DNA of 64,000 nucleotides, taken from NCBI GenBank assembly GCA_963628785.1, contig CAVGGQ010000001.1:23969-87968 (forward strand), read 5' to 3'. How positions within the stretch are numbered: position 1 is the first letter of the stretch; every line of letters starts with the position of its first letter. The DNA comes from Oscillospiraceae bacterium. GTDB lineage: Bacteria > Bacillota > Clostridia > Oscillospirales > Oscillospiraceae. The notes below the pieces were generated by a model. It saw only the letters and a program-made list of their open reading frames with translations. It was not told the DNA's origin and did no database searches. A program made the translations under genes and the position numbers. Positions 15,310 to 24,510 of this stretch are shown here, piece by piece.

Positions 15310-16623
15310 TCAGAAACCGAAAAAGTTTTTGGCGTTGATGCCGCAGATGTTTTGCACCATCGATCCGAGCACTTTTTCGTCCGCGGGATATTGACCGCCT
15401 TCCGCGAGCTCCGCGAGCTTCTCGCAGAGAATGCGGCGGTAATACTCATGCCGCGGGAAAGAGGAAAACGAGCGCGAGTCGGTGAGCATACCCACGGACT
15501 TCGCGAGCATTCCGGTCTCCATCAGCTCATCGATCTGCGCGCGCATGCCGCGGATGGTGTCGTTGAACCACCACGCCGCACCGTACTGCACCTTCGGAGC
15601 AAAGTTGACGGCCATGGTAGAGAGCACCGTGTTTTCGGCGGGATTGAGGTTATAGAGCACCGTGTTCGGAAGAGCGCCGTCCGCTTCGAGATCGCCGAGG
15701 AATGCGCCGAGCTCAAAAACATCGGTCGTGCGCCCGACACTGTCGCCGCCGGCATCCGGACCGACGGAAGAGAACAGGCGGGGATTCTGATTGCGGATGG
15801 GCCCGAGATGCAGCTGCATCGCGATGCCGTGCGCATAATACTCATGCGCGAGAAAACGGAGAAGATCCGCCTTCGGCGTGCCGCGCACATAAGAGAAATG
15901 ATCGAACCCGTGATCGGACACCTTGCAGCCGAGCGAAACGAAATGCTCCAGAGCGCGGTACAGCGCCTCTTCGAGCGACGCCAAATCGGTAATTTCCACG
16001 CCGACCGCGTCGCCGAGTTTCTTTGCATTTGCGGCAAACTCCGGCGCATCGGGGTCCAAATACTTGTCGGGACGGAACGAGGGGAGCACGCGGAAGGGAA
16101 TGTTCGCATCATCGCGGATCTTCTCATGCCACTCGAGCGTATCGACGGGATCGTCTGTGGTGCACAGCATCCGTACATTCGCTTTTTCGAGCAGCGAAAC
16201 GGCATCGTATCCCTTGAGCTTTTCCTCGGTCTCAATCCAGATCGCGGCAGCCGTTTCCGGCGTCAACACTTCGTATATGCCGAAATAGCGCTGCAGCTCG
16301 AGATGCGTCCAGTGGTAGAGCGGACATCCCGCGAGCTGCGGCACGACCTCGGCCCACTTGAGGAACTTCTCATATTCCGGCGCATCGCCGGTGATATAGC
16401 GCTCGTCCACTCCGCACGCGCGCATGGCGCGCCACTTGTAATGATCGGCGGCGAGCCAGAGCTGCGTGAGATTTTCGTACTTTTTCCGCTCTGCGATCTC
16501 CTTCGGAGGCAGATGGTTGTGGTAGTCGTAAATCGGCTCGTTTTCCGCATAGGTGTGAAAGAGCGTTTTTGCAAACTCGCTTTCCAGCAGAAAATCGCGA
16601 TCCATAAACGCTTTCATGTTCAC
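15310..16623 (-). CDS. uxaC: Glucuronate isomerase
   Basis: 437 aa. MKAFMDRDFLL..IYDYHNHLPPKEI..DHYKWRAMRACGV..PLYHWTHLELQRYFG..AAWWFNDT..MLTDSRSF..RHEYYRRILC. Confidence 0.9.
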   Translation of the reverse strand: MNMKAFMDRDFLLESEFAKTLFHTYAENEPIYDYHNHLPPKEIAERKKYENLTQLWLAADHYKWRAMRACGVDERYITGDAPEYEKFLKWAEVVPQLAGCPLYHWTHLELQRYFGIYEVLTPETAAAIWIETEEKLKGYDAVSLLEKANVRMLCTTDDPVDTLEWHEKIRDDANIPFRVLPSFRPDKYLDPDAPEFAANAKKLGDAVGVEITDLASLEEALYRALEHFVSLGCKVSDHGFDHFSYVRGTPKADLLRFLAHEYYAHGIAMQLHLGPIRNQNPRLFSSVGPDAGGDSVGRTTDVFELGAFLGDLEADGALPNTVLYNLNPAENTVLSTMAVNFAPKVQYGAAWWFNDTIRGMRAQIDELMETGMLAKSVGMLTDSRSFSSFPRHEYYRRILCEKLAELAEGGQYPADEKVLGSMVQNICGINAKNFFGF

Positions 16624-17471
16624 ACCCCGCTGTAGGCCGAGAAGCCGCCGTCGATCGGCAGCACGACGCCCGTGACAAAGCCCGCGCTCTTGTCGTCTGT
16701 GAGGAAGAGAACGGCACCGATGAGCTCCTCGGGCACGCCGAAGCGTCCCATGGGCGTGGCGTTGATGATCTTGCCGGTGCGCGCCGTCGGCGTGCCGTCG
16801 TCATTCCAGAGAAGCTTCGCGTTCTGCGCCGTGGAGAAGAAGCCCGGTGCAATGGCGTTTACGCGGATGCCGGTCTTGGCAAAATGCACGGCCAGCCACT
16901 GCGTGAAGTTGGATACACCCGACTTTGCGGCGGAGTATGCGGGGATCTTCGTGAGCGGCGTGAAAGCATTCATCGAGCTGATGTTCAGAATGACGCCGTG
17001 CGAATCCTCGACCATATCGCGCGCAAACTCCTGCGTGGGGATGAGCATGCCGAGGATGTTGAGGTTGAATACCTTCGAGAAGCCCTCGGTCGGCAAATCA
17101 AAGAAGCTCTTCTTATTGGCATCGAGTAGCGTGTCCATGGAGAAGAATTCATCGTCTGCGGTCGCAGCGGGATCGTTGCCGCCGGCACCGTTGATGAGAA
17201 TGTCGCACTTGCCGTACTCTTCCAGCACGGCTTTGTGCGCTGCGGCGACGCTCTCCTTGTCGGTGACATCCACGGCAAACGCTTTCGCCTCGCCACCCAT
17301 CGCATGGATCTCGTCCGCGACGGCCTCGGCCTTGGAGTGTGTGCGGTTCAAAATGGCGACCTTTGCGCCGCACAGGGCGAGCGCTTTGCAGAATTCGCGG
17401 CACAGCACACCGGCGCCACCGGTGACCACGGCAACTTTATTCGAATAATCGGGTTTGAACGGCAATTCCAT
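16620..17471 (-). CDS. Short-chain dehydrogenase/reductase, mannonate/fructuronate-oxidoreductase-like
   Basis: MELPFKPDYSNKVAVVTGGAGVLC..NGAGGN..SSMNAF..YSAAKSGV..PGFF. A GGAGGT SD precedes the ATG at 17471. There is a 4-nt overlap with uxaC. Confidence 0.8.
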   Translation of the reverse strand: MELPFKPDYSNKVAVVTGGAGVLCREFCKALALCGAKVAILNRTHSKAEAVADEIHAMGGEAKAFAVDVTDKESVAAAHKAVLEEYGKCDILINGAGGNDPAATADDEFFSMDTLLDANKKSFFDLPTEGFSKVFNLNILGMLIPTQEFARDMVEDSHGVILNISSMNAFTPLTKIPAYSAAKSGVSNFTQWLAVHFAKTGIRVNAIAPGFFSTAQNAKLLWNDDGTPTARTGKIINATPMGRFGVPEELIGAVLFLTDDKSAGFVTGVVLPIDGGFSAYSGV

Positions 17472-17629
17472 AATAATACCTCCGGATCTTATTTTTGATG
17501 TTATTGATGCTATTATATTAGCACACACCGATTTGCAATAAAATTGCGAATTACTTCAAACAATATTGCGCTTCTGCGCATTTTATGATACTCTTAGCCC
17601 AAAGAAACCCAAAGGAGATGCATTCGGGA

Positions 17630-18439
17630 ATGGCGCGGATATTTGAATACCGGGACGATGACTTTTTCTGTCACCACAGCCGCGACGAACACCCGCAGCC
17701 GTCCGAATTCTATATGCATGCGCACGAGCGCACGGAAGTCTTATATTTTATCTCCGGCGATGCGCAGTATCTTGTTGAGGGCAACACCTATCCGCTGCGC
17801 AGTGGCGATGTTCTTTTGATGAAGCCGGCAGAGGGGCATAAGCTGCAGATCCTCTCTCCGCAGCCGTATGAGCGCATGGTGATCCACTTTTCGTCGTCGC
17901 TTCTGCAGGGCATCGACCCGAACGGCATCCTCCTGCGCCCGCTCGCGGACAAACCCCTCGGCAAGCGAAATCTGTATTTCTCTGAGAAATTTCAAGCCAT
18001 CTACGAAAACTTCGATGTAAAGGGGAGTGATGAGCGCATTCGTGTGCACATGCTCATCACGCTGGCCAATGTCCTCGAAACGATATCGTCCCTTGTTCCG
18101 AGCCGTGCCGAGGAAGACGATGATGCGGATACTCTCCCGCACCGCATTTTGCAGCATGTCAATGAGCATCTCTTTGACGAGATATCTCTTGCCTCCGTAT
18201 CGGAGAAATTCTATCTGAGCCAGTCGCAGCTCAACCGCATTTTTCGGGATGCGACCGGAACAACCGTCGCAAAATATATCCGCGTGAAGCGCCTTCTCGC
18301 CGCCCGCGAACAGATCCTCGCGGGGCAGGCACCCGCCGCCGCCGGCGCAGCCTGCGGCTTTCACGACTACTCCACATTCTTCCGCGCCTACCGATCCAAA
18401 TTCCGCCGCGCCCCGTCCGAGGATGCGAAATCGATATGA
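17630..18439 (+). CDS. AraC-family regulator with an N-terminal cupin domain
   Basis: A cupin-like HAHERTEVLYFISGDAQYLVEG region and a C-terminal HTH (SVSEKFYLSQSQLNRIFRD..GFHDYSTFFRAYRSKF). The start is ambiguous: 17585, 17618 or 17630. Confidence 0.8.
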   Translation: MARIFEYRDDDFFCHHSRDEHPQPSEFYMHAHERTEVLYFISGDAQYLVEGNTYPLRSGDVLLMKPAEGHKLQILSPQPYERMVIHFSSSLLQGIDPNGILLRPLADKPLGKRNLYFSEKFQAIYENFDVKGSDERIRVHMLITLANVLETISSLVPSRAEEDDDADTLPHRILQHVNEHLFDEISLASVSEKFYLSQSQLNRIFRDATGTTVAKYIRVKRLLAAREQILAGQAPAAAGAACGFHDYSTFFRAYRSKFRRAPSEDAKSI

Positions 18440-18442
18440 GAG

Positions 18443-18485
18443 AAAACAGCAGTGTCTGCACAGATGGCAAACGCTGCTGTTTTTC
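18443..18485 (+). terminator. Rho-independent terminator after the AraC gene
   Basis: Stem AACAGCAG (18445-18452) pairs with CTGCTGTT (18474-18481) and runs into TTTTT. Confidence 0.55.
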
Positions 18486-18492
18486 GCATTAT

Positions 18493-18528
18493 GGCAAAGC
18501 ACCGCACAACATTGTCTGCGGTGCTGCC
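18493..18528. repeat. Solo hairpin module related to the left arm of the MITE-like repeat
   Basis: GGCAAAGCACCGCACAACATTGTCTGCGGTGCTGCC compares with the repeat arm GGCAACACCGCACAATGTCGTCTGCGGC. It has a perfect 8-bp stem GCACCGCA/TGCGGTGC and abuts the stop codon at 18529. Confidence 0.55.
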
Positions 18529-20409
18529 TTATCTTACATCGTAGATGGTGATGCCGCCGGAGGAAAAGATGACCGGGTAGTTTGCATCCAAATACTCCGT
18601 GATGACGCCGGTTAGGGCGCGCTCGTAATAGCCGATGTAGACAAAGTCGATGTTCTCACTCCCGCGGTTTGCTTCAAATACCCCGGCATCGGTGAGCATA
18701 CGGTCGGCGAGCTGCTGCTTGTCCGCATAATTCAGACCGTGATAATAGAGATAGGAGGCACTGCCGCACTCAATGTTTCGGCCGGTCAGCGTCGCTACGG
18801 CGTTGTCGTGGTTATCCTCCGTCAGGAATTTCGCGTCCGGTTCGGTGTTTTCCAGAATGTACTCCGCCGCTGCGACTTCGTCCGCGGAGAATAGCTCATA
18901 GCCATAGCGCGTTGTGCCGGACGCAGCTTCGCGTACGAGCGTAAACACTCCGGCATTGGAGGAGAGGAAGAGCGCAATGGCGAGCACAATGCTGCGCGCA
19001 GAAGCGCTTTCCAACTTCGAGAGCCAGGCACAGAGCGCATCGGCGCAAACGAAGCACGCGAAAGCGTAGGCAATATAGAGGAGCTTGTTGTTGTCATATA
19101 CATTCGGTTGGAAAACGACGATCTCGCACAGCACAAAAAAAAATATCGCACCCGAGAACGCTGCGCGCTGCTTGCGGGAGACAGAGAAAAAGGCAAACGG
19201 CGTCAGCACGAAAATAAACCCGACATTTTTCACCCAGAACCACAGCCACGGATACTGCCCGTTGTTCACCCAGTCGATGACGATGCGCAGAAAATGGTCG
19301 TTGCCGCCGACGGAACGGAGCGTCCAGATCAAAAGCTGCGGCACGGCCAGCAGCACGGCGGGAAGCCCGAAGCGGAGCCAGCCGGAGAGCCAATGCCAAG
19401 TGAGCTTATCGCGGATGGCGGAATATACGAGCCAGCTTGCCGCCATGAGGCCGAGCGCAAAATAAGAGTGCGTGTGTACCATCGGCAGAAGCCCACCGAG
19501 AATACCCGCAGGTAGGTAAAGACGCGTGTCACCGCGAAACACCGCGCGGAACAGGAGATACAAAACCGCAAAGAGCGCCGCCCAGCCGAAGAGCGTGGCG
19601 CGCTGCGGGAGCAGCATGTCGGCAATGACATTCACCCAGCGCATGCCTTTTTCGGTGAGGTTCGTCGGCGTTTTGTAAAAGCCGGAAATGAGGTCGGAGA
19701 ACGAATAATCCCCGTTCAGAAAATAGATCATGCCGAGCCCGCCGTTCAGGAAAAAGAAGAGAAAAGCAAGCACCGGCGCATATTTTCTGCGGCAGAACTC
19801 GCGGGCGAGAAACCACACGCCGCAGAATACCTGCGCAAACGCAAAGAACATCGGGATCATATAAGCCCACCGCAGCGGCGTACCGAGAAGGTAAAGGCTC
19901 GAGGAAACACTGTCACACAGGAATGGATAGCAGATCTGCGTACCCGGCAGGAGATTATACTCCGGCGGGAATGTCTGCTGCTCGGCAATGGATGTGATAA
20001 AGCTTAAGTGCATCGCCATGTCGCCGTAGGTGCACTGCCCGGTATAGAGCGCGCCGTCTGCATTCCGCAGCGTGTGCGAGAGAATAAGCACAACGGCGAG
20101 CACCATGAACGGGACAAAGAGATAGGGGAGAGGTCGGTCAATTTTACCGCTCTCTGCGCACACCGCACGCTCCCGCTTTGGATAGACCCACAGCACCTGC
20201 ACTGCAAGACCAATCATGGCAGCGCAAATGTGCGCTGCCGTTCCGAAACCCCACAGGAAGGCGAACGGCACCGGCACCCACATGGAAAGGAGCGTCCCCA
20301 TAACGCTGCCGAGCCAAAGCCGGACGGCAAGCCGCTTTTCCGGGAAAATGCGCTGCGAGATCGCCTCGCCCGCGCTCTGCCAAAGCATAAACAAAAGAAC
20401 TCCGAGCAT
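18529..20409 (-). CDS. Large polytopic membrane protein, probable GT-C-fold glycosyltransferase, with a C-terminal extracytoplasmic domain
   Basis: About 626 aa with 12 or more hydrophobic helices, then a roughly 150-aa soluble C-terminus. I prefer the ATG at 20409 (MLGVLLFMLW, AAGAGG SD) because a TATAAT box overlaps the track start. The family call is inference only. Confidence 0.5.
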   Translation of the reverse strand: MLGVLLFMLWQSAGEAISQRIFPEKRLAVRLWLGSVMGTLLSMWVPVPFAFLWGFGTAAHICAAMIGLAVQVLWVYPKRERAVCAESGKIDRPLPYLFVPFMVLAVVLILSHTLRNADGALYTGQCTYGDMAMHLSFITSIAEQQTFPPEYNLLPGTQICYPFLCDSVSSSLYLLGTPLRWAYMIPMFFAFAQVFCGVWFLAREFCRRKYAPVLAFLFFFLNGGLGMIYFLNGDYSFSDLISGFYKTPTNLTEKGMRWVNVIADMLLPQRATLFGWAALFAVLYLLFRAVFRGDTRLYLPAGILGGLLPMVHTHSYFALGLMAASWLVYSAIRDKLTWHWLSGWLRFGLPAVLLAVPQLLIWTLRSVGGNDHFLRIVIDWVNNGQYPWLWFWVKNVGFIFVLTPFAFFSVSRKQRAAFSGAIFFFVLCEIVVFQPNVYDNNKLLYIAYAFACFVCADALCAWLSKLESASARSIVLAIALFLSSNAGVFTLVREAASGTTRYGYELFSADEVAAAEYILENTEPDAKFLTEDNHDNAVATLTGRNIECGSASYLYYHGLNYADKQQLADRMLTDAGVFEANRGSENIDFVYIGYYERALTGVITEYLDANYPVIFSSGGITIYDVR

Positions 20410-20443
20410 GGATCGAAAACCTCTTACTGAAAAATACAAATGT

Positions 20444-20495
20444 ATTATAATCGGTCAACGTCTTATTTGCAATAGCAGACCAAGTATGATAAAAT
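20444..20495. promoter_or_regulatory. Back-to-back divergent promoters sharing one palindromic -35 hexamer
   Basis: Plus strand: TTGCAA (20467-20472), 17 nt, TAAAAT (20490-20495). Minus strand: the same TTGCAA read in reverse, 17 nt (20466-20450), TATAAT (20449-20444). Confidence 0.5.
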
Positions 20496-20533
20496 AAACA
20501 GGCAATTTAAAAATCCCGATAGGGGGCTTTTCA

Positions 20534-22546
20534 TTGAAACGATCCCAATTGCGACAGGCAATGATTTTCCTTCTCGCCGCATTGCTCCTCTGCTCCGGTG
20601 TTTTTGCGGCCGGGTCACTCATTGATAATGCGGATTTCTCCGGTACGGATATTCCGGAAGGCTGGGACATCACGGCCTATTCCGACTCCGACTATTCCGT
20701 TTACACGGAAGACGGTGCGCTCGTGATCGAAGCAAATACGGAGAACGATGTGCGCCTGTGCCAAATGGTCAAGGTAAAGCCGAACACCGCCTATAAGCTG
20801 ACGGCGGAGATCGCCGCGCAGAATGTAAGCGGCGGGCGCGGCGTGTGCCTTGCCGTGGATAACTACATGCTTGACGGCACCTACGCCGTCGGCAACGGCA
20901 AGCTCGGCGGTTTCGACTGGACGGAAGGATCGCTCATCGTCCGCACCGGCTCCGACCAGACATACATCAACATCGCGCTCCGCCTCGGAAGCTACAGCGA
21001 GATGTCCTCCGGCAAAGCGTATTTCCGCTCGGTGGAGCTCACAAAGTGCTCGGGCGTCGAGGCTGCCTCGGCCGTTTTTCTCGAGAACACGGCACAGGAA
21101 CGGTCTTCTCAGACAAACGAGGAGAGCGATGAGGCGCGCACAATCCGCCTCAAGTCCTATCTGCACCTTTTCATCGTTTGCTCCGTCGTCCTCTCCTGCG
21201 TCTTCCTTTGGGGCTTCTACCGCAATCGCAATACCTTCTACTCTGTCCCTGCAGAGAAAAAGACGGTACGGCGCTGCTTTGCCCTGCTGATCCTCGTCGG
21301 CCTGCTCCTTCGTATGCTTCTCACCATCATCTTCGGCGGACACGACTACGATATGAATTGCTGGATCGCCTGGGGACGTGACATTGCTTCCAACGGTACG
21401 GCACAATTCTATACTGCCGCCGGCCATGAGTGGTACGACTACCCGCCCACTTATATGCTCGTCCTTGCACTTATCACGCATATCCTGAATTTTCTGCACA
21501 TTTCCGCAAACACGGGTGCGGGCATATTTGCCTTCATGCTCCCTGCGTACATTGCGGATGCCTGCACCGGCGTTGTGCTGATGCATTTGGCCCAGAAACG
21601 CGGCTTCTCGGAGAGCGCGTGCCTGTTCTTAGGTGGAATATGTATCTTCAACCCCGCCGCAGTCATTCTCTCCGGCGCATGGGGACAGATCGATTCGATC
21701 CTGACGCTGCTCCTCCTGCTGAGCTTTTCGGAACTGCTGCAAAACCGTCGGATCTCTGCTGGAGCGATCTACGGCCTTGCCATTATGACGAAGTGGCAGG
21801 CACTTATTTACGGCCCGGTGCTCGCGGCAGCGTATCTTCTTTCCGTTCGCTCCCGGAATGATGCAGTGCGCACACTCGGCGGCGTAGCGGCGGCTGTGGC
21901 CGTGATCCTCGGCGTATCGCTCCCGTTCCACGGTGACCAATGCCTTTTCTGGGTTGTGGAACGATTTCTGCAGTCGGCGGGCGGCTACGACTATGCCAGC
22001 GTGGAAGCCTATAACTTCATGGCGCTCTGCGGCGGCAACTGGACGGCTTCTTCCGATAGCATTTTCCTCGGCATCAGCTACAAAGCCTTTGGTACGGACG
22101 CCATCGTGCTTGCCGTCGGCATCTCCATCGCAATGCTCGTGCGTTCGCGTTGCCGCAAAGGCGCGGATATACTGCAGCGCACACCCGGAACGCTCTACAT
22201 TTCCGCTGCTTTCTGCATGTTTATGATCTTCACATTCGGACACTATATGCACGAGCGCTATGCTTTCCCGGTCATGGCGCTGCTCCTCTTCGGCTATGTT
22301 TGCACGCGCGAGGCGCGGCTTCTCGCCTGTTCCATGCAGCTGAGCGTTGTGCTTGCGCTCAACGAGGCCACAGCCATGTATGTCGTCTCCAACGCTGCGA
22401 CTTCGGCCGTTCGCGGCACGACACAGCACAATGTCGTAGTGGCCGTATGTTCGATTTTCGAGGTGCTGACCTTTGCCTATACGGCGTATGTCTGTCTGCA
22501 GCATCAATTTGCCGACAAAAACGGGGAGGTGGCGCGCGATGCGTAA
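20534..22546 (+). CDS. Membrane glycosyltransferase (GT-C, DUF2029/Gpi18-like) with an N-terminal secreted CBM-like beta-sandwich domain
   Basis: 670 aa with a TTG start and AGGGGG SD. It has a signal peptide and a CBM4/9-like region (NADFSG..WDITAY..VKVKPNTAYKLTAEI..YFRSVEL). About 11 TM helices follow, with GGHDYDMNCWIAWG and WYDYPPTYMLVL. Confidence 0.6.
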   Translation: MKRSQLRQAMIFLLAALLLCSGVFAAGSLIDNADFSGTDIPEGWDITAYSDSDYSVYTEDGALVIEANTENDVRLCQMVKVKPNTAYKLTAEIAAQNVSGGRGVCLAVDNYMLDGTYAVGNGKLGGFDWTEGSLIVRTGSDQTYINIALRLGSYSEMSSGKAYFRSVELTKCSGVEAASAVFLENTAQERSSQTNEESDEARTIRLKSYLHLFIVCSVVLSCVFLWGFYRNRNTFYSVPAEKKTVRRCFALLILVGLLLRMLLTIIFGGHDYDMNCWIAWGRDIASNGTAQFYTAAGHEWYDYPPTYMLVLALITHILNFLHISANTGAGIFAFMLPAYIADACTGVVLMHLAQKRGFSESACLFLGGICIFNPAAVILSGAWGQIDSILTLLLLLSFSELLQNRRISAGAIYGLAIMTKWQALIYGPVLAAAYLLSVRSRNDAVRTLGGVAAAVAVILGVSLPFHGDQCLFWVVERFLQSAGGYDYASVEAYNFMALCGGNWTASSDSIFLGISYKAFGTDAIVLAVGISIAMLVRSRCRKGADILQRTPGTLYISAAFCMFMIFTFGHYMHERYAFPVMALLLFGYVCTREARLLACSMQLSVVLALNEATAMYVVSNAATSAVRGTTQHNVVVAVCSIFEVLTFAYTAYVCLQHQFADKNGEVARDA

Positions 22547-24296
22547 TTTCATTGTTTCTTCCGAGCGAAACACTCGCCTCGATAAAGGCGACCGCCGCCT
22601 CATGTGGGCGATCACGATCCTCTATACGATTTTCACCCTGCTGAATCTCGGCACGCTTTCGTTCCCGACGAGCGTGTATACCACGAGCGACTCCGAGACC
22701 GTGCAGCTCGACCTCGGCGCGGAATACGATGTCGCCGAGATATGGATCAACGGCAACATCGCCGAGGGCACTGTGGTCTTCACTGCAGATGACGGTGTGA
22801 TCGCCGAATACTCGCAGACCTACGGCAATATGTTCTCGTGGCGGATCGTCAACACGACCATGCACACCCGGTACATCACGATCCGGCGCACCTCGGGGAA
22901 AATCTCCTTGAACGAGATCGCTTTCTTCGATTCCGAAGGCACTCTTCTCCCGGCAGTGCTCGGCGAAGGCACGAGCCTCGGCGCGGAGCTCGTCGATGAG
23001 CAGAACACCGTTCCCGAAGAGATCGGCTATATGAACGGCATGTATTTCGATGAGATCTACCACGCCCGCACGGCGTACGAGTTCATCCACTGCATGAGCG
23101 TGTACGAATGGACGCACCCGCCGCTCGGCAAGATCATCATTATGCTCGGCATCCTCATTTTTGGCATGAAGCCGTTCGGCTGGCGCTTTATGCCGGCTCT
23201 GTTCGGCGCAGCTATGATTCCGATTTTCTTCACGCTCGCCAAGCGCCTCTTCCGGCGGAGAGATTTTGCGTTCCTCGCCGCTGCGCTCCTCGTCCTCGAC
23301 ACGATGCACTATACGCAGACGCGCATCGCAACGGTCGATGTGTTCATACTCTTCTTTATTCTCCTCATGTATCTCTTCATGACCGACTACATTCAGCGGG
23401 ACTACATGACCGCGCCGATGAAAAAGCTCTTTCTCCCGCTCGGCGCGTGCGGCGTGAGCTTCGGTTTCGGCGTCGCGTCCAAGTGGACGGGACTCTATGC
23501 CGGCGCGGGACTTGCCGTCATCTTTTTCGTACACATGATCCGCATCGGTCTCTCCTGTAAAGGTGACAGAAAAAAAGTACGCCTCTTCTGGCACCGCACA
23601 TGGCTCACGGTCGCGTTTTGCTGCGTGTTCTTCCTCGCGATACCCGCGCTCATCTATTACCTTTCGTACATTCCCTTCTACCGCTATGAGGCGTCGAAGG
23701 GAACATCTGTCGATACGCTCGCTCTTCTCATTCAGCAGCAAAAGTCGATGTACAGCTACCACAGCGGCCTGACCGCTACGCACACCTGCCAGTCCACCTG
23801 GTACGAGTGGCCGTTCACCTCGTGCTCAGTGTGGTTCTACTTCAAGTCGCTCGACGGCAACAAGGTCTCGAACATTTCCTCTACCGGCAGCCCCGCCGTG
23901 TGGTGGGTGAGCGCCGTCGGCACCATCCTGCTCGCCGTGGAAGTCGTCTTCCGCCGCACAAAGCACGAGAATGCTCACTGGAAACAGGCGGGATGCATCC
24001 TGCTCGCCGCCATTGCAGCCAACTATCTGCCGTGGACGCTCGTCCCGCGCTGCACATTCCAGTATCATTTCTTCACAACCTTCCCCTTCGTGGTGCTCGC
24101 CGCCATTTTCTTCCTGCAGCATCTCGATGAGAAAGGGGAAGTGAGCGCGAAAATCAAATGGATCTGGCTCGGTGCTGCCGCAGCCTATTTTCTCCTGCTC
24201 CTCCCCGCCGTCTCCGGTATCCCCATGCCGCGCCTCTACGCGCAGTTCCTCGAGTACGCTCTCCCGAGCGCCCAGCTCTTCTTCGGCGCCGTTTAA
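22539..24296 (+). CDS. PMT-family (GT39-like) protein O-mannosyltransferase-type glycosyltransferase with an inserted beta-sandwich domain
   Basis: The start MRNFIV (GGGGAGG SD) overlaps the upstream gene by 8 nt. Motifs: MYFDEIYHARTAYEF (DE motif) and EWTHPPLGK; the protein is polytopic. Residues about 41-165, between TM1 and the DE motif, look discoidin/F5-8C-like (ISLNEIAFFD). Confidence 0.75.
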   Translation: MRNFIVSSERNTRLDKGDRRLMWAITILYTIFTLLNLGTLSFPTSVYTTSDSETVQLDLGAEYDVAEIWINGNIAEGTVVFTADDGVIAEYSQTYGNMFSWRIVNTTMHTRYITIRRTSGKISLNEIAFFDSEGTLLPAVLGEGTSLGAELVDEQNTVPEEIGYMNGMYFDEIYHARTAYEFIHCMSVYEWTHPPLGKIIIMLGILIFGMKPFGWRFMPALFGAAMIPIFFTLAKRLFRRRDFAFLAAALLVLDTMHYTQTRIATVDVFILFFILLMYLFMTDYIQRDYMTAPMKKLFLPLGACGVSFGFGVASKWTGLYAGAGLAVIFFVHMIRIGLSCKGDRKKVRLFWHRTWLTVAFCCVFFLAIPALIYYLSYIPFYRYEASKGTSVDTLALLIQQQKSMYSYHSGLTATHTCQSTWYEWPFTSCSVWFYFKSLDGNKVSNISSTGSPAVWWVSAVGTILLAVEVVFRRTKHENAHWKQAGCILLAAIAANYLPWTLVPRCTFQYHFFTTFPFVVLAAIFFLQHLDEKGEVSAKIKWIWLGAAAAYFLLLLPAVSGIPMPRLYAQFLEYALPSAQLFFGAV

Positions 24297-24412
24297 CGAA
24301 AAACCGCGCCCCTGCCGGAAAACCTTTTTCGAAGACTTTAAGAAAAAACATTGAAAATGTAGCGTATCTTCACAAGGTGTTCATAAAAATTTTGCAAGGG
24401 GATAATTTTTTG

Positions 24413-24441
24413 TTGAAATTAACCATCGAAGATGGTATAAT
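24413..24441 (+). promoter_or_regulatory. Putative sigma-A promoter of the ABC importer operon
   Basis: TTGAAA (24413-24418), 17 nt, TATAAT (24436-24441). Confidence 0.55.
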
Positions 24442-24510
24442 CCACGGTACAAAGAGAGACGGCGGCATTTTGTCCGTCACTCTCGGAAAAAAACATTTAG
24501 GAGGATACCA

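Noticed and set aside
15310-16623. UxaC being about 30 aa shorter than the Bacillus and E. coli enzymes, read as another deletion scar
   Set aside because: All catalytic-site motifs that I recognise are present. The missing stretch falls in a variable helical insert and shorter UxaC variants exist, so this is not evidence of decay.
24442-24510. Leader hairpin (GAGAGACGG..CCGTCACTCTC) upstream of the ABC importer as a riboswitch (for example TPP)
   Set aside because: It is too short and lacks the conserved TPP or other riboswitch cores that I can recognise. I treated it as an ordinary 5' UTR structure.
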